Part shown: piece after piece, positions 8,911-16,390 of the stretch
Position numbering within the stretch: position 1 is the stretch's first letter
Layout of the letters: each line of letters starts with the position of its first letter
Source: Octopus sinensis
Lineage: Eukaryota
NCBI RefSeq assembly: GCF_006345805.1
Contig: NW_021825176.1
Coordinates: forward strand, 1 to 16,390
Reading direction: 5' to 3'
DNA length: 16,390 nt
Program-made: the position numbers and the translations under genes
The notes under the pieces: model-generated
Databases searched by the model: none
The model's input: only the letters and a program-made list of their open reading frames with translations
Told to the model about the DNA's origin: nothing

Positions 8911-8952
8911 GTGAGAGAGAGAGAGAGAGAGAGAGAAAGAGTTTAAGAAGCG

Positions 8953-9048
8953 GGGTGCAAGCATGGATATCTGGTTAAGAAGCCCGCTTTACAACCATGT
9001 GGTCTTGTGTTCGCTCCCACTGCTCGGCACTTTGGGCATGTCTTATCT
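8953..9048 (+). mobile_element. tRNA-derived head of CORE-like SINE, 3'-truncated
   Basis: ggtgcaagcatggatatctggttaagaagc...gtgttcgctcccactgctcggcactttgggcatgt resembles the head and core of the 13924 copy. Confidence 0.7.
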
Positions 9049-9084
9049 ACTTTTGTGTGATAATAGAAGCTTGTTACCATTTCA

Positions 9085-10030
9085 AATATGTCAGGTGAAT
9101 TCGTTTGTGTTTTTACCCGATGATATTTGAATTAACATGAAAACCTTTCCATTGAACTGTTTTGAGTTTATTTTCTGTTTTGTAGCTGTTCTTCCTTTTC
9201 AGCTTTTGTTTGGTGTTTGTTTTTAATTTGAATAAATTTTATCTCTTTTTCCGACATATGACGATAGAGTGCCAAATAGAAAAAAAGGGATCATTTTTGA
9301 CACCTGATCCTCATCGCTTTCGGTCAGTATTTCAAAGATATCAAAGACACTCGAGACATTTGCGTGGTCTACAGTAATGGCACTATTTCTGAGAAAAAAA
9401 CTGGCAGAAATTGGTCTTCAAGCTTCAAGGAAAATACGACCCCACAGACTCTCCACGTTTCGGAAGAGCTCTTCAGCTCAATGAGAATCAGTTAAGTCAA
9501 TTTATCCAGAAAGACCTCACTAATCCACAAAGAACGAGCGCCACATTTGCTGAGCAAATCTACAAAGGAATTGGCGCAGCAGATGGGGGGCACTCGTGAT
9601 ACCATTGCTCGTCACCATCACTCGACGGCAACCCATCCAGCAACATGGTATGATTCTTGAACACAGCAACGCTCTTCCGCAAGCCGCTAATTTGATCGCA
9701 AATGCTTTTCAAGCTCTAGATTGCGAAGTTCTACTTCACCTGCTGTGTACTCTTGATATAACGCCTTCTGAATATAGCTTCTTTCGGTCGCTGTCCAACA
9801 GTCTGCCAGGCGTTTTTATCAACCATGACTCGAGGCTGAAAAAGTGGCATGTGGAATACTCCGAGTATTTTTTGTTTTTCCGTCAAACTATTGACAAACT
9901 AGTGGAAGGTTGACAAGAAGTCGTGAACAATGAACGGGAAAAGATATTATTGATTGGATTGTTGGAATTGTTGATGAAAACTAAGGATTAAAATAAATGG
10001 AATGAAACAAAAGAATTTATCTAATAACTA
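9085..10030 (+). mobile_element. Internally deleted, decayed mariner-family transposon
   Basis: From 9264: IECQIEKK/DHF*HLILIAF...RDICVVY (N-terminus), then YDPTDSPRFGRALQLNENQL...TIARH, jumping directly to the catalytic C-terminus ILEHSNALPQAAN...LDCEVLLHLLCTLDITPSEYSFFRSL (decayed HDNARPH and YSPDLAP motifs). Weak TIR similarity between 9089-9109 and 10007-10026. Confidence 0.85.
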
Positions 10031-10166
10031 TATATATACACACATACATACAAATATACATACATGCATACATATATGTGTGCGTGTGCATACATACATA
10101 TATATATATATATACACATATATCTATATATATACATATATATATATATATCTACATATATATATA

Positions 10167-10303
10167 CACCGATGCTGGTGTGTTTATGTCCCCGTCATCT
10201 AGCGGTTCGGCAAAAGAGACTGGGGTCGATTTGATCGACTAATAGCGGTGCTTCAGCATGGCCACAGTCAAATAACTGAAACAAGTAAATGAGTAAAAGA
10301 GTA
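10167..10303 (+). mobile_element. 3' part of CORE-like SINE with internal deletion
   Basis: ccgatgctggtgtgttta...gcggttcggcaaaagagac-tggggtcgat...gcggtgcttcagcatggccacagtcaaataactgaaacaagtaaatgagtaaaagag. Confidence 0.9.
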
Positions 10304-10316
10304 CATATATATATAT

Positions 10317-10603
10317 GTCTCTTTTGCCGAACCGCTAGGTGACGGGGACGTAAACACACCAGCATCGGTGGTCAAGCGATGTTGGGGGGGGGGGCAAACA
10401 CAGACACACAAGTATATACACACACATACATACATATATGCGATGGGCTTCTTTCATTTTCCGTCTACCAAATCCACTCACAAGGCCTTGGTCGGCCCGA
10501 GGCTATAGTAGAAAACACTTGCCCAAGGTGCCACGCAGTGGGACTGAACCCGGAACCATATGGATCGTAAGCAAGCTACTTACCACAAGCCACTCCTACG
10601 CTA
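10317..10603 (-). mobile_element. CORE-like tRNA SINE, head plus body, 3'-truncated
   Basis: Well preserved: reverse complement reads gtggcttgtggtaagtagcttgc...gggttcagtcccactgcgtggcaccttgggcaagtgttttctactatagcctcgggccgacc... Confidence 0.92.
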
Positions 10604-10679
<76 letters not shown>

Positions 10680-10774
10680 GTGTGTGTGTGTATGTACATA
10701 TACATTTCTATATATACGTATACTGACGCACCTATATGTAAATATAAGCGTATGTATATTGTATATATACATGT

Positions 10775-10853
<79 letters not shown>

Positions 10854-11394
10854 GTGTTTGCTTTTGAATGTTAATATATAAGTGTATGCGTATGTGTATG
10901 TTGCTTTCGTAAACAACACACACAAGGCACATACACACACATTCACCCACTCTTGACACTCACACACACACACACACGCACACATCCACACACATAAACA
11001 TGTAACCCTATGTGTGTATATGTGAGGATCGGTGCGTGTGTGCTAATGTGCACGCATGAGTATAGCTGCACGTGTGTATAAACGTATGGCTATGAGAAGC
11101 GATGCACGTGCGCGCTTTTTTACGTCCGTATGTTTATGTGCGCGCGTGTTCATGTGTAAGCAATACTGGTGCATATGTGTATACATGTATGCGTACATAT
11201 GCGTCTTGCTGTGTGTATGTTAGTCTGTGATTGTGTGTGTGTGTGTGTGCGTGCGTGTGTGGGAGCGGGTGTGTTGAGACAGATGTGTGTCCGATAAAGC
11301 ATGAAATGAGGGATGTGACATTTGAACTTGCTACAGTCATTTTCACGCATTCGTTGCACACAGCCAGCGTGACCTAACCTGATACTCCACTAAC

Positions 11395-11433
11395 CACCAC
11401 TACCACCACGACCGCAACTACTACTACTGCTCG

Positions 11434-11484
<51 letters not shown>

Positions 11485-11553
11485 CACTACTACTACTGCT
11501 GCTGCTGCTACTACTACTACTGCTGCTGCTACTACTATTACTACTACTACTAC
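11395..11553. repeat. (TAC)n/(TGC)n trinucleotide microsatellite
   Basis: Direct reading; source of the poly-Val ORF. Confidence 0.95.
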
Positions 11554-11739
11554 GAAAACAGGAGCACTAGATAGGAAAAGCACAACAACGGACTCCAATC
11601 ACCGCCTTAAAAATATAAAAGTATGACTAACATTGCACACACACACACACACAAACATGCACACATGCACACATGCACATACAGGAAAAATAATACATAT
11701 GTATGTATATACACATACATTCACACACACACATATATA

Positions 11740-12005
<266 letters not shown>

Positions 12006-12011
12006 AATCAA

Positions 12012-12136
12012 ATTAGAAAAAAACACCATTTATCAATTCAAAATGAACATTAAATTACATCATCTAGAAAATTACATATAATAGAAATATTAAAATTAAA
12101 ATAACAATAAAACGTCAATGATTAAGTAAATTGCAA
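12012..12136 (+). repeat. Unclassified AT-rich interspersed repeat (partner at 4455-4583)
   Basis: See 4455-4583. Confidence 0.8.
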
Positions 12137-12170
12137 AAAAAATTAAAAACGTATATAATTTGCAGAATAA

Positions 12171-12218
<48 letters not shown>

Positions 12219-12247
12219 GAAGGTTTGGCGGTGATGTATTATATATT

Positions 12248-12355
12248 AGAAGAAATAAGGTACTCAGAAATCTGGATATATTTACAGAGTTTTATTTATA
12301 TGTCACATGTTTATATAATATACATGTTAGCGCTTGCATTAACTCTAGTGGATTC
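12248..12355 (+). repeat. Unclassified interspersed repeat (partner at 6990-7113)
   Basis: See 6990-7113. Confidence 0.8.
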
Positions 12356-12559
12356 TTATATACACATGCATAAATGTTTGTGTGTATATATATATATGTA
12401 TATATATATATGTATATATGTGATTCTGTGTGATTGTATGTGTGTGTGTGTGCTTTAGTTTGATTAATTTATAATTGCACTTTCTGTCGTTTGAATTTGT
12501 GCTCATTATAAAATGAATTTTTCTAAAACCATCTTTTATATATTTAACAGGCGTTGTCA

Positions 12560-13307
12560 TGATGACAGACAGAAAAAAAGATGGCTTTGGATGACTAAAA
12601 GTGATTTAAAACCGGAAACGGAGGCTCTAATTTGTGCTGCCGGAGAGCAAGCACTAAGAACGAATTACATCAAGCGCAGAATAGACAACACATCCGAAAG
12701 TCGTAATTGCAGAATTTGCGGAAAAAATGGTGAAACCGTATGACATATTACCAGTCAATGTACGTCATTAGCCCAGAAAGAATATAAGAGACGTCATGGC
12801 AATATGGCAAAGATTTCCATTGGACTCTTTGCAACAAGTAATGACTTAACAGAGCAAAAAAGTGGTACGATCATAAACACGAAGGCATCATCGAAAATGA
12901 TATTGCAAGATCCTGTGGGATTTTATGATTCAGTGCGAGAGAGAATAGAAAGATAAACAGAGTTTATTGATGAAAGAACGCAAACGATGCTGGATCATAA
13001 ATATAGCATGCCCAGCTGACAACAAAGTTGGCGATAAGGAAGAAAGAAAAGTTGATAGACATGACATGTTAGCGTGGGAGGTTAGAGTTGTGGTCTATGA
13101 AAAAGGTTGTAAAAGTACCAATAATTTTCAGAGCCCTGAGAACAGTGAGTAAAAATATTGAGAAGTACATGGAACAAATAGGGGCTGCAATAAGGGTGGA
13201 GCACTTCGAGAAAATAGCACTGCATGGAATATTCCGGATGGTGCTCAAAAAATAAGGAGTGTTACCTTAGTTCACTGGTAGTGAACACCTGGCACCATAG
13301 AACATCT
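12560..13307 (+). mobile_element. 5'-truncated, decayed R4/Dong-like non-LTR retrotransposon (zinc knuckle, restriction-like endonuclease, 3' UTR)
   Basis: Translation LKPETEALICAAGEQALRTNY...CRICGKNGETV*HITSQC (CCHC, 12708-12761)...AQKEYKRRH / KILWDFMIQ / CWIINIACPADNKVGDKEERKV / IALHGIFRMVLKK* (stop 13253-13255), with frameshifts and stops; 3' hairpin gttcact ggt agtgaac. Clade call rests on remembered motif similarity. Confidence 0.8.
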
Positions 13308-13629
13308 AATTTGTTTTGCGTGAAGGACTGATTAACGAAGTCGCGTCTTGTCCTTACCGTAGAAAACGCGAACTAAATAAAACAGGGGACAACTGATGAA
13401 GGGAATATTCTTTATGTCGCATGTCTGGTTTCTCTGTTTGTTTTTTTCGTTCTTCGCAAAATGTTCGTTTTCTGTTTTTGTTTTCAATGTTCTCGTTTCT
13501 CATTTTGCCTACGTTTTTTTTTGATGTCCTGTGCCTACATGTGCATGTATATATACATATATATGTAGGTATGTAGATATATGTATGTATATATGCATAT
13601 ATATATATTATTTATATCTATGCATCTGA

Positions 13630-13674
<45 letters not shown>

Positions 13675-13702
13675 CTCTATCTCTCTCTCTCTCTCTCTAT
13701 AT

Positions 13703-13788
<86 letters not shown>

Positions 13789-13857
13789 GCATATATGTAT
13801 GTATGTATTTGTGCATGTGCGTATGAACATATTTATACACACACACACACACACCCT

Positions 13858-13895
<38 letters not shown>

Positions 13896-13923
13896 CACAT
13901 ATACACACAAATATATGTGTATA

Positions 13924-14300
13924 GGCGCAGCGTGTCTGTGTGGTAAGAAGCTTAGATCCCGACCACATGTTTCCGGTTTCAGTCCCACTACATGGCACCT
14001 GGGCCAGTGTCTTCTACTATAGCCTCAGGCTGACCAAACCCTTCTGAGTAGATTTGGTAAACGGAAACTGAAAGAAGCCCACCGTATACACATGTGTGTG
14101 TGTGGGTATTTGTGAGAGTACCTGTATTTATCACCCTACCATCACTTGACAACCTATGTTGATGTGTTTACGTCCCTGCAACCTAGAAGTTCTGCAAAAA
14201 AAAACCGATAAAATAAGTAATATGCTTGCAAAGAATAAGTCCTGGACTCGATTTGTTCGATTAAATGCGGTGCTCCGGCATGACTGAAAGAAGTAAAAGA
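13924..14300 (+). mobile_element. Full-length diverged CORE-like tRNA SINE
   Basis: tRNA-like head (ggcgcag...tgtggtaagaagc...ggtttcagtccc), core gcacctgggccagtgtcttctactatagcctc, internal (TG)n and gactgaaagaagtaaaaga tail. Confidence 0.88.
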
Positions 14301-14361
14301 ACATATACATATATATTTCACACACATATATATATATTAGACACATATGTATATATAAATG

Positions 14362-14395
<34 letters not shown>

Positions 14396-14889
14396 TATGA
14401 GTGCATCGTTATATTTCAAAGCACATGTATATACATATATTTAAACCTAAACCAACTCACACACACGAATTCAATTTACCCTCACCCGCACCCACACATA
14501 CACACACACGCGGTGCACAGACACAGACACATAGTAGACACCCACATAGCCCCTCCTCATCTTCATCCTCCCCCTCCCACTGTAATTTGCTCCATCGACT
14601 TCGCTATTGAAGTTATATTTAGTCTGCCAGGATCTAATTAAAATGCTGCCTCATATTTTAAGCAGTTCTGATTGCTAATGGAATTCACCAAGCAGCTCAT
14701 TCTTGTTCTGCAGAATACGTTGCTTTGTAGGTACGGTACTGCTGTCGTATACATACATACATACACACGTACGTACATACATACATACATGCATACATAC
14801 ATACACACACTTGCATACATACATACACACATACATAGATGCACACACATGCGTACATACATATACACACACGTTGATAGTGATAGTGG

Positions 14890-14978
14890 AGGCATGATGG
14901 TATTGTTGCTGGTGGTGGTGGTGCTGGTGGTGGCGGTGGTGGCGACGGCAGTTGTAGCGGTAGTGATGATGTTCAGTA

Positions 14979-15012
<34 letters not shown>

Positions 15013-15510
15013 GGTGTTGGTGGTGATGATGATGATGATGATGATGGTGGTGATGATGATGATGATGTTGGGGGTGATGGTGATGATGATGATGATGATG
15101 GTAATGGTGATGATGGTGGTGGTGATGATGATGATGGTGATGATGATGATGGTGATGGTGATGATGATGATGATGATGGTGATGGTGATGATGTTCATGA
15201 CGGCCTTGGGTAAAGATAAGGATTGTGATGAAAATAGGGATTGGGATTATCGTGATGATGATGATGATGGATGTGGTGGTGTGGTTGTGGTGGTGGTGAT
15301 GGTAGTGGTCGTCGTCGTCGTGGTAGTCGAGTTGGTGGTGAAGGTTGTGACATCAATGGTGGTTGTGATACTAATGATAATGATCATGATAGTAGTGATG
15401 ATGGTGATGGTGGTTGCGTTGGTTTTGTTGTGAATAGTAGGTATTGGTTGTAGTGACAACGATGAGGACGACGACGACGATGGTAATGCTGCTGCTGATA
15501 ATGATGACAC
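14890..15510. repeat. Compound (GAT)n/(GGT)n/(CGT)n trinucleotide microsatellite
   Basis: Direct reading; source of the poly-Met/Val and poly-Ile/Thr ORFs. Confidence 0.95.
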
Positions 15511-15577
15511 AGATTGCACTATTGTTAGTGTTGTGCATTATCAATGTATGGCCACTTCTGCATGAAGACGCACTTAC

Positions 15578-15684
15578 CATCTTACTGGAAACTCGTACAA
15601 CAGTGCATATACGTAGTGCCATAGTCGTTCACATGATACCCTTGTGGATGGTTAAGGATCAGACGGCACCTTTCGCTTTGTTCG
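15578..15684 (-). other. Candidate 107 nt exon, possibly carrying a start codon (MALRICTVVRVSSKM, 15622-15578)
   Basis: Acceptor ttatttcgttttctggccatag|C, consensus donor ATG|gtaagt, ATG in ACTATGG Kozak context, non-repetitive sequence. No homology recognised. Confidence 0.35.
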
Positions 15685-15771
15685 CTATGGCCAGAAAACG
15701 AAATAATCTGGCATATTTAATCTCTCTCTCTCTTCTTTCTTCTATCTGTGCATCTCTGTGTATGTATGTGC

Positions 15772-15811
<40 letters not shown>

Positions 15812-16101
15812 AGTGTATATACACACATACACATGCATACATATACATTATATATGTATATATATGCATATGTATAAATATATATAATCATGATGAAGAA
15901 ATGGCGCACTCCGAAGGAATAACGTAATGTAATTCGATGGTACAAAGAGTTCGCGATAGTAGAAAGCATTTCTTGTGAGCGTGTGGAAAATAGTAATTAA
16001 AAAAAAAAGCGGATAAAAAGACAAGAAGAAACGCAACTACGCGTGTACTTAGTATATGCAAATTATTTATACGACGATCAGAGAAAGGAAGAATGAATGG
16101 T

Positions 16102-16138
16102 TGTTTTACGTTTCGAGCAAAGCTCTTCTTCAGAAACA
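16102..16138 (-). ncRNA. Minimal Penelope-type type I hammerhead, core intact
   Basis: UGUUU-CUGAAGA-A-GAGC UUU GCUC-GAAA-CG-UA^AAACA: 5 bp stem I, 4 bp stem II, loop-less palindromic stem III (ACGU); predicted cut between 16107 and 16106. Confidence 0.75.
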
Positions 16139-16155
16139 GGATACCAAGGCGATAA

Positions 16156-16384
16156 GGCGGCGAGCTGGCAGAAACGTTAGCACGCCGGGCGAAATGCTTA
16201 GCGGTATTTTGTCTGCCGTTACGTTTTGAGTTCAAATTCCGCCGAGGTCGACTTTGCCTTTCATAACTTCGGGGTCGATAAATTAAGAACCAGTTACGCA
16301 CTAGGGTCAATGTAATCGACTTAATTCCTTTGTCTGTTCTTGTTTGTCCCCTGTAATTGCCCTTGTGGGCAATAAAAAAATAAG
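16156..16384 (+). mobile_element. Second tRNA-derived SINE family, near full length
   Basis: ggcggcgagctggcagaaacgttag (A box), gagttcaaattcc (B box), core gtcgactttgcctttcataacttcggggtcgataaattaag (resembles Meta/Sauria-type central domains, from memory), A-rich tail. Confidence 0.88.
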
Positions 16385-16390
16385 AAGACG

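Noticed and set aside
11374-11606. Minus-strand splice-like sites around the (TAC)n run suggesting a poly-Ser exon
   Set aside because: Stops in all frames from the best acceptor; alternative site choices are arbitrary and the content is microsatellite.
12530-12560. Plus-strand acceptor ttttatatatttaacag just before the LINE fragment (possible exonisation)
   Set aside because: No matching donor or other evidence; such motifs are common in AT-rich DNA.
13395-13435. CTGATGAAGGG motif typical of Penelope ends
   Set aside because: No downstream GAAA/GUH, so no hammerhead can be drawn.
14714-14730. 17 nt plus-strand microexon candidate (ttctgcag|...|gtacgg)
   Set aside because: Length not a multiple of three, non-consensus donor and no supporting neighbouring exons.

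Overview
Very AT-rich, microsatellite-dense animal intergenic/intronic DNA; the SINE families and repeat density look like an octopus/coleoid cephalopod genome (inference, not verified). No intact protein-coding gene is supported, and most ORFs in the track are translations of microsatellites. The main signal is self-cleaving RNA. A ~485-510 bp tandem array (891-2574, ~3.5 units) carries a complete type I hammerhead ribozyme on the minus strand of each of its three full units, the architecture of a non-LTR retrozyme, predicting ~487 and ~509 nt self-excised, possibly circular RNAs. An unrelated intact hammerhead lies at 3265-3357 inside a short element with inverted ends, and a family of minimal Penelope-type hammerhead motifs is dispersed through the window (intact at 16102-16138, decayed at ~3755, ~5405, ~8679). 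The window also holds a short non-autonomous Helitron, two decayed mariner relics, a decayed R4/Dong-type LINE 3' end, several tRNA-derived SINE copies, two unclassified repeat pairs and one candidate minus-strand exon.
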